Source: an uncultured Solirubrobacteraceae bacterium (GTDB lineage Bacteria > Actinomycetota > Thermoleophilia > Solirubrobacterales > Solirubrobacteraceae). Taken from it: 64,000 nt of DNA. Of this stretch, positions 54,592-64,000 are shown piece after piece. The stretch spans positions 32,001 to 96,000 of the forward strand of contig CAZPQW010000001.1 of assembly GCA_964588985.1 (NCBI GenBank), read 5' to 3'. Below the pieces are notes generated by a model. That model searched no databases. It was not told where the DNA came from and saw only the letters and a list, made by a program, of their open reading frames with translations. The stretch's first letter is position 1. Each line of letters starts with the position of its first letter. Position numbers and translations under genes: made by a program.

Positions 54592-56538
54592 TCAGCGCGT
54601 GACGGTGTACGTCTTGGCGATGGTCGTGCGCAGCCCTGTGGGGCCCGTCGCGACGATCCTCACACGCGCTCGCATCGCGCTGTGACGGCCGAGCGCGCGG
54701 CGCAGCCGTCTGAGCGATCTCGGACTCACGCGCAGCCGCACATGACCCGCATGGGCGGCGGACAGCGTGCGTGCGACAGTCACGAGCCGCACGCTCCGGT
54801 GTCGGCCGAGCGGTGTGAGCGTGGCGCTGACGAGGATGCTGCAGTCGCGCGCGCAGCTGACGTTGAGCGCGACGGCGCGGCGAGCGAGCACGGCTCCCCT
54901 GCGCAGCAGGCTCACGCGCAGCACCGGCGCGACGTTCAACGGCGGCGGCCACGCGCCCGCGGGCAGACAGCCGGTGGGCGCGGGGTTGGCGAGGCTGAAG
55001 CGCTGCACGCGGTTGTTGTTCGTGTCGGCGACGTACACCGCGCCGTCGCATCCCACCGCGATGGCGCTCGGCTGGGAGAGGTCCCCGGGCGCGATGCCTC
55101 GCAGACCCCATTTGGCGAGTGGGTTTCCGGCGGCGTCGAGCACCTGCACGCGGTTGTTCCTGACGTCGAGGACGTACTGGCGTCCCGCGCCGTCGACGGC
55201 GATTGGGTTGAACGGCGAGCCGTTGAGCGGCGTGGCGGCGATGAGGTTGCCTAGGAAGGTGCCGTCGCCCCACAGGTCCGCGATCCGCGAGTGCCCGGTG
55301 TCGTCGACACCCACGGAGCCGCTGGGGTCGACGGTGATGGCGCCGGGAGCGTCGAAGCCGGTGTACCCACCGCCTGCGCCCGTCCACTGTTCGACATAGG
55401 GGCCGGCGCCGGGAGCGAACACCTCGACGCGATTGCCGACGGTGTCGGACACGAGCAGCCTGCCGGTGGGGTCGACCGCGAGTCCGCGCGGACCCGTCAT
55501 CTGCCCCGGCCCGCGCGCGGAGGCGCCGAGCGTGCGCAGGTAGGCGCCGTTGGCGTCGAACACCTGCACGCGGTCGTTGGCGGTGTCGGCGACGTACGTG
55601 TCGCCGGCGGGGTCGCTGGCGAGCGCGCGCGGGAACGCGAGCTGCCCAGTCCTGGTGCCGTATTCGCCCCACGCGCCGAGGAAGCCGAGCTGCGGCGAGA
55701 GCTTGACCACGCGCGCGTTGATGTTGTCCGCGACGTAGGCGTTGCCGGCGGCGTCGAGCGCGATGCCATAGGGGAAGCTGAACTGACCGGCGCCCGCGCC
55801 GTGCGTGCCGGCTTCGGCTTCGTAGGCGCCTTCGGGGTTGAATTTCTGGACGCGGTGGTTGTCGTCGTCGGCGACAAGCACCTCGGTCGCGTTCGCCGCG
55901 AGCCCGCGCGGGTAGGCGAACTGTCCGGGAAGCGATCCGTGGGTGCCCCACTGCAGCGGTTCGCCGCCTTCGAGGTTGAAGCGCTCGATGCGGTGGTTGT
56001 CGGTGTCGGCGACGTAGACGTGGTTGCCCGCCACGGCGATGCCGCCGCCGGGAGGCTGGACGAAGTTCTGAGTGGAGCCGAAGTTGAACCGGCCGAGCGC
56101 GGTGCCGCTGCCGCCCCAGGAGGCGAGGAAGGCGCCGTTCGGGTCGAACTTCTGGATGCGATCGTGGCTGGAGTCGACCACGTACACGTCGCCGGCGGCG
56201 TCCGTTGCGAGGCCGCCGATCGGGCCGAACTGCCCGTGCCCGCCGCCGTATGAGCCCCACTGCGTCTCGAACGCGCCCGCGGCGGTGAACTTCTGCACCA
56301 CGTAGCTGAGCTGGTCGGCGACGTACACGTCGCCGGCGGCGTCGACGGCGACGGCCTCGGGGAAGCGCAGGACCGATTCTCCGCGCTGGCCGATGCTCTG
56401 CACGGATATGTACGGGCAGGCGGGCTGCGCGCCGGAGCCGGGGCAGGCTTCGGCGTGTGCGCTGCCGGTGGCGCTCGCGCAGGCCCACAGGAGCACGACG
56501 ACGAGCGCGAGCGAACGGCGAGGTGGCGAAAGCGTCAT
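54592..56538 (-). CDS. Secreted NHL-repeat beta-propeller protein
   Basis: Many GQFxxPxGIAxDxxGNVYVADxxNxRVQ repeats; signal peptide. Confidence 0.92.
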   Translation of the reverse strand: MTLSPPRRSLALVVVLLWACASATGSAHAEACPGSGAQPACPYISVQSIGQRGESVLRFPEAVAVDAAGDVYVADQLSYVVQKFTAAGAFETQWGSYGGGHGQFGPIGGLATDAAGDVYVVDSSHDRIQKFDPNGAFLASWGGSGTALGRFNFGSTQNFVQPPGGGIAVAGNHVYVADTDNHRIERFNLEGGEPLQWGTHGSLPGQFAYPRGLAANATEVLVADDDNHRVQKFNPEGAYEAEAGTHGAGAGQFSFPYGIALDAAGNAYVADNINARVVKLSPQLGFLGAWGEYGTRTGQLAFPRALASDPAGDTYVADTANDRVQVFDANGAYLRTLGASARGPGQMTGPRGLAVDPTGRLLVSDTVGNRVEVFAPGAGPYVEQWTGAGGGYTGFDAPGAITVDPSGSVGVDDTGHSRIADLWGDGTFLGNLIAATPLNGSPFNPIAVDGAGRQYVLDVRNNRVQVLDAAGNPLAKWGLRGIAPGDLSQPSAIAVGCDGAVYVADTNNNRVQRFSLANPAPTGCLPAGAWPPPLNVAPVLRVSLLRRGAVLARRAVALNVSCARDCSILVSATLTPLGRHRSVRLVTVARTLSAAHAGHVRLRVSPRSLRRLRRALGRHSAMRARVRIVATGPTGLRTTIAKTYTVTR

Positions 56539-56605
56539 CGTCGGGTGGAACACGGCTGGGGCGCGGGTGTTGCGCATGCCCACGCCAGGGCCGCTGGCGT
56601 TCTCT

Positions 56606-57628
56606 TTAAGAGATCCGCTCGGGCGTGCGTGCCGCGAGCCCGGAGCGCGCCGCGAGCGCGACGGCCGGGCCGTTCTCGGGCGCGGCGGGTGCGTTGCGCT
56701 CTTCGCGCACGATGTACAGCGGACGGTGCTTGACCTCGTCGTAGATGCGTCCGACGTACTCCCCGATCACGCCGAGCGCGATCAGCTGGATGCCGCCGAG
56801 CAGCAGGATGGCGATCGTGATCGAGCCGAAGCCCGGCAGGTAGGAGTCGAAGATCCGCAGCACGATCACCACGGGGATCGCGATGAAGGCGAGGCCCGCG
56901 GAGAGCATGCCCACGTAGGTTGCGAGTTGCAGTGGCACATGTGAGAACGACGCGATCGCGTCGAGCGAGAAGCGCAGCATCTTGCGCAGCGTGTACTTCG
57001 TCTCGCCCGCGTGGCGCGCGTCGCGCTGGTATGAGACGGCGGTCTGGTTGAAGCCCACCCACACGGTCATCCCGCGCAGGAAGCGCGAGCGCTCGCCCAT
57101 CGCGAGCAGCGCGTCGAGCGCGCGGCGGTCGAGCAGGCGGAAGTCGCCGGAGTTGGGCTCGAGGTCGACCTGCGCGAGCTTGTCGAACAGCTTGTAGAAC
57201 CACGAGGCGGTGGCGAGCTTGAACTTGGTCTCGCCTTCGCGCTGCTTGCGCACCGCGTACACCACGTCCGCCCCCTGGCTCCACTGGGCGATCATGTCGG
57301 GGATCAGCTCGGGCGGATCCTGCAGGTCGGCGTCGATCATCGCGACGACGTCGCCCACGGCGTGCTCGAGTCCGGCGGTGAGGGCGGCCTGGTGGCCGAA
57401 GTTGCGCGACAGGTGCACCACGCGCACGCGCGGGTCCGCGGCGGCGAGACGATCCAGTAACTCGGGGGTGTTGTCGGAGCTGCCGTCGTTGACGAGCACC
57501 AGCTCGAACTCGTAGTCGGCGATCGCGTCGGTGGCGCGACGGACGAACTCCTCGATCAGATCCTCCTCGTCGTACACCGGCGCGACGAGGCTGAGGAGGG
57601 TGGGGGTGCGAAGTTGGGTGTCCGGCAT
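56606..57628 (-). CDS. GT2 polyprenol-phosphate glycosyltransferase (GtrB-like)
   Basis: VNDGSSD, SRNFGHQAA, DADLQDPP, two C-terminal TM helices. Confidence 0.93.
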   Translation of the reverse strand: MPDTQLRTPTLLSLVAPVYDEEDLIEEFVRRATDAIADYEFELVLVNDGSSDNTPELLDRLAAADPRVRVVHLSRNFGHQAALTAGLEHAVGDVVAMIDADLQDPPELIPDMIAQWSQGADVVYAVRKQREGETKFKLATASWFYKLFDKLAQVDLEPNSGDFRLLDRRALDALLAMGERSRFLRGMTVWVGFNQTAVSYQRDARHAGETKYTLRKMLRFSLDAIASFSHVPLQLATYVGMLSAGLAFIAIPVVIVLRIFDSYLPGFGSITIAILLLGGIQLIALGVIGEYVGRIYDEVKHRPLYIVREERNAPAAPENGPAVALAARSGLAARTPERIS

Positions 57629-57696
57629 GTGTTGGCGACTACTCTCTTACCTGCGCCTAAGCTGCCGCTCAATTTATCGTTCATCCTGTGTAGGCG

Positions 57697-58179
57697 ATGC
57701 CCTTGGAGACCGTCGAGTCGCAGCAGCCGACCACCAGCGTAGCGGCACCGCCGCGCTCGTCGCGGGCGGCGATGCTCATCCAGTTCATCAAGTTCGGGAT
57801 CGTCGGGGTGTCGAACACGACGCTCACGTTCGTGGTGTACACGCTGCTGTTGAAGGGGTTCGGCGTGTGGTACCTGCTGGCGTCCGCGATCGGGTTCGCG
57901 GTTGGCGCGACGAACGGGTTCCTGCTCAACCGGCGTTGGACGTTCCGCGAGCATGTGGGCGACTCGCTCACGCCGGTGCGCTGGGCGATCGTGCAGAGCG
58001 GCGGGCTGGCGATCAACGAGGGGCTGCTCTACGCGCTGGTGGACGGCGCGAGCTTCGACAAGCTGGTGGCGCAGGCGATGGCGATCGTCGTGGTTACCGT
58101 GAGCACGTTCCTCGTCAACCGCGCGTGGACGTTCCGCGTGCATGCGCCGGCGTCCGACGCGCCGCCGCCGGCTCCCTAG
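57697..58179 (+). CDS. GtrA-family membrane protein
   Basis: QFIKFGIVGVSNT...NRRWTF. Confidence 0.9.
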   Translation: MPLETVESQQPTTSVAAPPRSSRAAMLIQFIKFGIVGVSNTTLTFVVYTLLLKGFGVWYLLASAIGFAVGATNGFLLNRRWTFREHVGDSLTPVRWAIVQSGGLAINEGLLYALVDGASFDKLVAQAMAIVVVTVSTFLVNRAWTFRVHAPASDAPPPAP

Positions 58180-58904
58180 CGGAAGACGGCCATGAGCGAG
58201 AGCCCAGCCGGGATGCGCCCGCCTCGGGCGATCAGCGCGGCCTCGAGGTTGAGGGGCTGTTCGAGCGCGGTGTTGAGCGGATGGGGCGGGATCCACAGGT
58301 CGAGGCTCGACTCGGTCGTCTTGCGGCTGAAGCGGTCGAGTACGCGCAGGAGGATCGCGGCGGGCAGGAGCAGCGAGTTGAAGTAGGTGGTGCGCGTCTG
58401 GCGCCAGCCGGCCTGCTCGGCGGCCCGCTGGAGCGAGCGGCGCGTGTAGCGGCGGTGGTGGTGGTTGATCTCGTCGTGCCCACTCCACAGCCACTGGTAG
58501 GCGGGGACGGTCACAAGCAGCTGCCCGCCCGGGGCGACCGTGCGACGCAGCTCGCGCAGGGCGCCGAGGTCGTCCTCGAGGTGCTCGATCACGTCGAGGC
58601 TGACCGCGAGGTCGAAGCTGTCCTCGGCGAAGGGCATCTCGAGCACCGAGCCTTCGACGACCTCGCCGGCGTTGCGGGCGCGGGCGAGCGCGACGCTCGT
58701 GTCGGAGAGCTCCACTCCGGTGACGGCGCCGAAGCGGGCGAGCTCGACCATGTTGCGTCCGCTGCCGCAGCCGGCGTCGAGGATGCGCGCGTGCGCGGGC
58801 AGGCCCAGCGCGGCGATCGCGCCGTCGAGCACCTTGCGTCGGCCCGCGTACCACCAGTGGCGGTCCTCCACCTGGTGGGTCTGAAGCTCGTAATCCCTGT
58901 CCAT
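58176..58904 (-). CDS. Class I SAM-dependent methyltransferase
   Basis: HWWY, ILDAGCGSG, LDVIEHL, HHRRY. Confidence 0.92.
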   Translation of the reverse strand: MDRDYELQTHQVEDRHWWYAGRRKVLDGAIAALGLPAHARILDAGCGSGRNMVELARFGAVTGVELSDTSVALARARNAGEVVEGSVLEMPFAEDSFDLAVSLDVIEHLEDDLGALRELRRTVAPGGQLLVTVPAYQWLWSGHDEINHHHRRYTRRSLQRAAEQAGWRQTRTTYFNSLLLPAAILLRVLDRFSRKTTESSLDLWIPPHPLNTALEQPLNLEAALIARGGRIPAGLSLMAVFR

Positions 58905-58964
58905 GAGGGCCCATCTTTTCGTATTGGGGCACCCTCGCGCGCTGCGGCTGTGCCCGGCGAGGGG

Positions 58965-60308
58965 TCAGGGGGCGGCTGAGAGGGCGCCGCGAATGGCGTA
59001 GCGGACCCGACCGCCTTCGCCGCGCCAGGCCGCGACCGCCGCGTCGTCGCTGGGGTCGAGCGCAACGGTTGCGTCGTTGTTGGGCCCGGGCGGCGCGACC
59101 TGTTCGGGGGCCCCGAACCGTGTGCGCCCGGCGGACACGTCGAGCCCGCGGGCGGAGAGGATCGCCTGCCGGCTCATGTCCGGCGCGCCGCCGCCGGTCT
59201 GCTGCGGCTCGGTCCACAGCGCGAGCGCCTCGCCGTCGGGTCCGGGAGCGAACGCGGCGAGCAGCGCGTCCACTCCGGGCGTGGCGATCGTGCTCGCATT
59301 TCCGACTCCGGTCGCGTTGACGGCCGCGGTGCGCACCGCCCACCTTCCGTGCGCGGCGCCCGCCCACGCGAGCATCACGCTCTCGGTGCTGAGACGCACG
59401 AGTGTGGGGGAGCCAGGCGGAGAGGAGAGCCCGTCCGGGTCGCGGAAGCGCTCGAGCAGTCGTGGCGCGCCGAAGCGCACGCCCGCCGCCGAGCGATCCA
59501 CGTAGACACTCGTCTCACCGGCGTTGTCTTCCGCCCAAGCGACGGTCGCGCGATTGGCGTCGCTGAGCAGGGCGGAGATCCGCACGTGCGCGCCGACGTG
59601 CGCGAGCCGTTGCGTCGGGCTGTTCGCGCCGGAGGCGGGCAGGTCGTGCGCATAAAGGACGCCGCGCTGTGCCCACACGGTCATCGCATCGGTGCGATAG
59701 TCGAGCGCGAGCGCAAGCCGGCTCGTGGCGTGTGCCGCTCCGGCGCCGGCCGAGAGTCGTGAGGAGAGGACGTTGGAGTAGTAGCGCTCGACCCCCACGC
59801 CCGGGCCGCCGGCGCTCACACCACGACCCGTTGCCGGAGTGAAGGCGACCCCGACGTCGCCAAGGTAGGCGGTCGTGAGCGCGAGCGGCGCCGGGGATCC
59901 TTCGAAGCTCGACAGCGAGGAGAAAGCTCCACCGGCGCGTCCCTGGATCAGCAGCCCGTGTTGCTGGCCGGCCGGCGAGGCTCCGGCGATCGCGATCTGC
60001 CCGTGTGGAGCTGTGGCGACCTTGAGCGGACCGCGCAATGTGATCGGCTGCCCGACTGCTTCGCGGGGCATGGTCGACGTGCCCGGAGCGTCGCCTGCGC
60101 CAATTGCGGCGAGGCGTGCGCCCTCGCGGCCGGGGCAGCCCGGCGCGGCGTCCCACACGATCGCCCCCGGACCGGTCGCGTGACTGGGGGTGTCGCTCGG
60201 GAACACGACCTTCGGTGGGCCGACCGCTGGGCACGGTGCGAGCGGCGCCGCCGCCGGCGACCACGGTGCGGCGCCGGCGGCGATGGCTAGCAGGGACGTG
60301 AGGTTCAA
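58965..60308 (-). CDS. Secreted hypothetical protein
   Basis: TTG start overlapping the upstream stop; signal-like N-terminus; repeated AxVAW beta motifs. Confidence 0.6.
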   Translation of the reverse strand: MNLTSLLAIAAGAAPWSPAAAPLAPCPAVGPPKVVFPSDTPSHATGPGAIVWDAAPGCPGREGARLAAIGAGDAPGTSTMPREAVGQPITLRGPLKVATAPHGQIAIAGASPAGQQHGLLIQGRAGGAFSSLSSFEGSPAPLALTTAYLGDVGVAFTPATGRGVSAGGPGVGVERYYSNVLSSRLSAGAGAAHATSRLALALDYRTDAMTVWAQRGVLYAHDLPASGANSPTQRLAHVGAHVRISALLSDANRATVAWAEDNAGETSVYVDRSAAGVRFGAPRLLERFRDPDGLSSPPGSPTLVRLSTESVMLAWAGAAHGRWAVRTAAVNATGVGNASTIATPGVDALLAAFAPGPDGEALALWTEPQQTGGGAPDMSRQAILSARGLDVSAGRTRFGAPEQVAPPGPNNDATVALDPSDDAAVAAWRGEGGRVRYAIRGALSAAP

Positions 60309-60985
60309 CTGGCGAGCGCCGAGCGCAGGAAGTCGACCGTGCGTCCCCACGAGAGCTGCGCGAGCGCCTCGTCGTAGGTGCCGAGGCGGTTGGTGTCGTT
60401 GAAGAACGCATGCCCCGCGCCGTCGTAGTAGTGGAACGTCGTCTCCACGCCCGCGTCGCGCAGCTCGGACTCGAGCTGCTGCGCGTGCTCGAGCGGGATG
60501 AATTCGTCGGCGGTGCCGAAGTGGCCGAGCACGGGCCCTTCGATCTTCGTGAAGTCGGGCTTGCCGTGAGGCATCACGTAGTAGTAGGTCACGGCGGCGG
60601 AGATGTTGGGGCACGTGGCGGCCGCCCAGATCGAGAGGCCTCCGCCGAGACAGAAGCCGAGCGAGCCGACGCCGGGGCCCTCTACTCCGGGCTGCGAGCG
60701 CAGATACTCCGCCGCGCCGCACATGTCCTTCTCGACCTGGTCCATCGACAGCGCCATCATCTTCTGCTGGGCCTCGCTCGGCTGCGCGGTGGTCTCGCCG
60801 CGGTAGAGGTCGGGCGCGAGCGCGTAGAAGCCCTCGGCGGCGAGGCGGTCGCAGATCGAGCGGATGTGCTCGTCGAGGCCCCACCACTCCTGCAGCACGA
60901 TCGTCGCGGGACCACGCTCGCCGGCGGGAACGGCGAGGTAGCCGGGCGTGGTGCCGTCGCCGGCGGGGAAGTCGATGTCTGGCAT
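60305..60985 (-). CDS. Dienelactone hydrolase family protein
   Basis: QEWWGL, GFCLGG, AGHAFFN. Confidence 0.93.
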   Translation of the reverse strand: MPDIDFPAGDGTTPGYLAVPAGERGPATIVLQEWWGLDEHIRSICDRLAAEGFYALAPDLYRGETTAQPSEAQQKMMALSMDQVEKDMCGAAEYLRSQPGVEGPGVGSLGFCLGGGLSIWAAATCPNISAAVTYYYVMPHGKPDFTKIEGPVLGHFGTADEFIPLEHAQQLESELRDAGVETTFHYYDGAGHAFFNDTNRLGTYDEALAQLSWGRTVDFLRSALAS

Positions 60986-61083
60986 GGGTACGTCTCCTTT
61001 TATCAAGTGTGGTGTTCGCCGAGGGCGTGACGGCGCAATACTCTCGCGAGAACTTATCCGCCGGATCACGAAAGGCAAACACC

Positions 61084-62091
61084 GTGGATGCCGTGAACCA
61101 TCAGTTTCAGCTCGCAGCGCGTCCCGTCGGCCTGCCCAAGCCGAGCGACTGGCACTACGCCGAGGCGCCGATCTCCCAGCCTGGCGACGGCGAGGTGCTC
61201 GTGAAGATCCAGTACGTCTCACTCGACCCGGCGATGCGCGGCTGGATGAACGAGAGCCGCTCCTACATCGCGCCCGTGGGGATCGGCGACGTGATGCGCG
61301 CGTTCGCGGCGGGCGAGGCGATCGCGTCGAACGACCCCGACATCGCGGTCGGCGATCACGTGGGCGGTCTGCTCGGGGTCCAGGAGTACGCGGTGGCGCA
61401 CGGCAAGACGGTGTTCAAGCTCGACACTTCGCTCGCGCCGCTGCCGGTGTACCTGGGGACGCTCGGCATGCCCGGGGTGACGGCGTACTTCGGCCTGCTC
61501 GACATCGGCCGTCCCGAGGCGGGCAACACGGTGGTGGTGTCCGGAGCGGCGGGCGCGGTCGGCGGCCTGGTGGGCCAGATCGCGAAGCTGAAGGACTGCC
61601 GCGTGGTGGGGATCGCGGGCGGACCGGAGAAGTGCCGCGGCCTCGTGGAGGACCTCGGCTTCGATGCGGCCATCGACTACAAGGCGCAGGACGTGAGCGC
61701 CGCGCTCGGCGAGCACTGCCCGAACGGGATCGATGTGTTCTACGACAACGTCGGCGGCGAGATCCTCGACGCCGCGCTCGCGCACCTGGCGAGGCGTGCG
61801 CGCGTGGTGATCTGCGGCGCGATCTCCCAGTACAACGCGACGGACGCGATGAAGGGCCCGTCGAACTACCTCGCGCTGCTGGTCAACCACGCGAGCATGA
61901 CCGGCTTCACCATGGGGGACTACCTCGACCGCTACATGGAGGCCGTGACGGAGATGGCCGGCTGGCTGGCGAGCGGCAAGCTGATCTCGCGCGAGGACGT
62001 CGCGGAGGGCCTCGAGAGCTTCCCCGACACGCTGCTGCGGCTGTTCCGGGGCGAGAACACCGGCAAGCTGGTGCTGAAGATCGCCGACTGA
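61084..62091 (+). CDS. NADP-dependent oxidoreductase (CurA/prostaglandin reductase family)
   Basis: SLDPAMRGWM, SGAAGAVG, CGAISQYN, GENTGKLV. Confidence 0.94.
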   Translation: MDAVNHQFQLAARPVGLPKPSDWHYAEAPISQPGDGEVLVKIQYVSLDPAMRGWMNESRSYIAPVGIGDVMRAFAAGEAIASNDPDIAVGDHVGGLLGVQEYAVAHGKTVFKLDTSLAPLPVYLGTLGMPGVTAYFGLLDIGRPEAGNTVVVSGAAGAVGGLVGQIAKLKDCRVVGIAGGPEKCRGLVEDLGFDAAIDYKAQDVSAALGEHCPNGIDVFYDNVGGEILDAALAHLARRARVVICGAISQYNATDAMKGPSNYLALLVNHASMTGFTMGDYLDRYMEAVTEMAGWLASGKLISREDVAEGLESFPDTLLRLFRGENTGKLVLKIAD

Positions 62092-62111
62092 GCGCCGGCG
62101 GGGCGTGCGTC

Positions 62112-63176
62112 CTACGGCTTGAGGACGTGCGCCTTGGCGGGGTCGATGCGCCCGTCGAGGAGGTCGAGATAGGCGCTCTGTAGCGCCTCGCCGCCCTCGG
62201 CGTGGATCACCTCGAGCCAGCCGGAGCACCATTCGGCGTACGGGCGCCACGCGTCGGCGAGCCGCTGCTCGAAGCCCTCGCGGCCCCAGTCGGCGGTGCG
62301 CTTGCTGACGCGGTCGGGCGCGAAGAAGAACGTGGGGCGTGGGCCGGGCAGTGTGTCCGGCACCGCCCCCATGCGGTCGTGGTGGGTGGCGCCGACGACG
62401 GCGGAGTGGGCGAGGTCCTCGCGGTAGTGCTCGTGGACGGCGGAGCGCACCTCGGCGTCGCCGGCCATGTCGACGTACACCGCGCGTCCCTGCGGGAGCG
62501 CGTCTAGCTCGTCGTAGGCGAGCACGTGGTCGTACACCCCGAGATCGCGCGTGAACGGGGCGGAGCGCGCGGAGGTGAGCCCGACGACGTCGATGCCCTC
62601 GCGGCGCGAGAGCAGGAACGCGAGCGCGCTGGAGGTCTTGCTCGACGCGCTGGAGAGGACCGCGACCTCGGCGCCGAACATGTCGCCGTCGGCGAGGAAG
62701 TCGTCGATCAGATAGGAGGTGAAGAACAGCGGTCGCAGCAGCATCTGCAGGTCCTCGGTGTCCGCTGAGTAGACCGGGTCGGCGTCGACGCGCACGTAGC
62801 CGTTGTACGCGGGCGGGAGCTTCGCGCGATGCGCGGCGGCGTCGGTGAACCCGTGCGCGCCCACGCGCGCGGGCGTGACGACGAGCTCGCTCGACGGCGG
62901 CAGGTAGCCGTAGACGCGCGTGCCCACCTCCAGCTCGGGAACGCGGCTGGCGCTGACGTCGGCGAACCCCCACACCGGCATGTGACCCCAGCCCTCCTCG
63001 GCGGGGAAGAAGCCCCAGTAGGACATCGCCTCGCCGAACATCGCGTAGGTGATGTTGTTCGCGCTCAGGCCGAAGCTCGACACGGCGAGCTTCGCCTGGC
63101 CCTCCTCCAGCTCGGCCGGCTCGCTCTCCACGACGCGGCAGTTGTGCAGGTCGTCCTTGGCGATCAGGAAGTCCAT
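62112..63176 (-). CDS. DUF2855-family protein
   Basis: ANNITYA, YWGFFP, PVWGFA, SSASSKT, FFFAP. Confidence 0.85.
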   Translation of the reverse strand: MDFLIAKDDLHNCRVVESEPAELEEGQAKLAVSSFGLSANNITYAMFGEAMSYWGFFPAEEGWGHMPVWGFADVSASRVPELEVGTRVYGYLPPSSELVVTPARVGAHGFTDAAAHRAKLPPAYNGYVRVDADPVYSADTEDLQMLLRPLFFTSYLIDDFLADGDMFGAEVAVLSSASSKTSSALAFLLSRREGIDVVGLTSARSAPFTRDLGVYDHVLAYDELDALPQGRAVYVDMAGDAEVRSAVHEHYREDLAHSAVVGATHHDRMGAVPDTLPGPRPTFFFAPDRVSKRTADWGREGFEQRLADAWRPYAEWCSGWLEVIHAEGGEALQSAYLDLLDGRIDPAKAHVLKP

Positions 63177-63188
63177 GTAACGCGCAGC

Positions 63189-64000
63189 TTACGCGCCCGC
63201 GGGGGTCTCGGCTAGATCGAGGCGCTCGAGCATGCGGGTCTCGCGCGGCAGTAGCCCGAGGACGAACGCGACGAACGCGAGCACCGAGCCGCCGATCAGC
63301 ACGTTGACGGTGCCGAGTGCTTCGGCGAGCGGTCCAGCGGCGATATAGCCGAATGGCAGCAGCGCGTAGGAGACCATCCAGTCGTAGGAGCTGACGCGCG
63401 AGAGCGAGCCGGGCGGGATCCGTTCGGCGAGCGCGGTCATCCACCACACGTTGAACAGCGCGATGCCCATGCCCGCGAGCACCGCCGCGGGGAGCACGAG
63501 CACGAGGGTGACTCCGGTTGCGTAGAGGACCGCGTCGAGCGGCCACACGAGCATCGCGAGCATCGCGAGGCGCATCGGGTGTCGCGGGCGCCAGCCGATT
63601 CCGACGATCGAGCCGATGATCGTGCCGAAGCCGATCGACGCCTCGACCACCCCGTATACCGACAGGTGGCCGTACTGCTGGAGCGCGATCGCGGGGCCGA
63701 GCACGAACCACGGCGCGAGGCCGCAGCACAGCGCGACGCTGAACGACGCGAGCGTCGCCCACACCCACGCCCGCGCGCGCACCTCGCGAGCGCCCGCGCG
63801 CACCTCCGCCCACACGCTCTTGCGCGGAGCTGGCGCCTGCGCGGCGGAGGTCGTCGTCCCTGTGAGCTGTGATTGCCGAACCGCGCGCGCTCGTGGGCGC
63901 ACGCGTGTGAGGAAGGCGGCGCTGAGCAGGAACGTGGCGCTGTCGAGCGCGAACGCCCAGCCGGCGCCCGCGCCGAGCACGAGCGCGGTGGCGAGCGTGG
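63189..64000 (-). CDS. MFS transporter (5' end outside window)
   Basis: WAFALDSATFLLSA, RVSSYDW, multiple TM segments. Confidence 0.88.
   Translation of the reverse strand, partial: TLATALVLGAGAGWAFALDSATFLLSAAFLTRVRPRARAVRQSQLTGTTTSAAQAPAPRKSVWAEVRAGAREVRARAWVWATLASFSVALCCGLAPWFVLGPAIALQQYGHLSVYGVVEASIGFGTIIGSIVGIGWRPRHPMRLAMLAMLVWPLDAVLYATGVTLVLVLPAAVLAGMGIALFNVWWMTALAERIPPGSLSRVSSYDWMVSYALLPFGYIAAGPLAEALGTVNVLIGGSVLAFVAFVLGLLPRETRMLERLDLAETPAGA

Noticed and set aside
56606-58904. GtrB/GtrA/methyltransferase as a phage serotype-conversion cassette
   Set aside because: Backbone-like composition, mixed orientations, no GtrC-like gene and no mobility genes nearby.

Overview
High-GC DNA that looks actinobacterial (Thermoleophilia/Solirubrobacterales-like by gene content; inference), mixing ordinary genes with three accessory regions. 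(1) 1-8585 is the right part of an integrative element ending in a duplicated 3' half of tRNA-Thr(CGT). It carries an Rhs C-terminus, a TPR protein, a PrsA-like PPIase, a catalytically degenerate Xer-like recombinase behind a cluster of CCGCCGCGAAT repeats, a stand-alone MobF-like relaxase, a tyrosine integrase and an excisionase. (2) 8649-14376 is a defence island with a complete Ubl-E2-JAB-E1 (Bil/ISG15-like) operon, whose E2 appears to have Trp at the expected catalytic Cys, and a divergent HigB-like/HigA-ImmA pair. (3) 38119-47898 is an island at tRNA-Ser(GCT) with a serine-recombinase remnant, an unusual large N-methyltransferase, and four ~0.9-1.4 kb toxin-antitoxin cassettes separated by five att-like repeats. 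The repeats resemble the tRNA 3' end and encode conserved short peptides; this array is the most novel-looking system here. The backbone includes five arylsulfotransferase paralogues (one fused to an MFS transporter), two sulfatases, a Stf0 sulfotransferase, a HARP/SNF2 helicase, and GtrA/GtrB-like genes. All calls come from motif reading without database searches; some start codons are best guesses.
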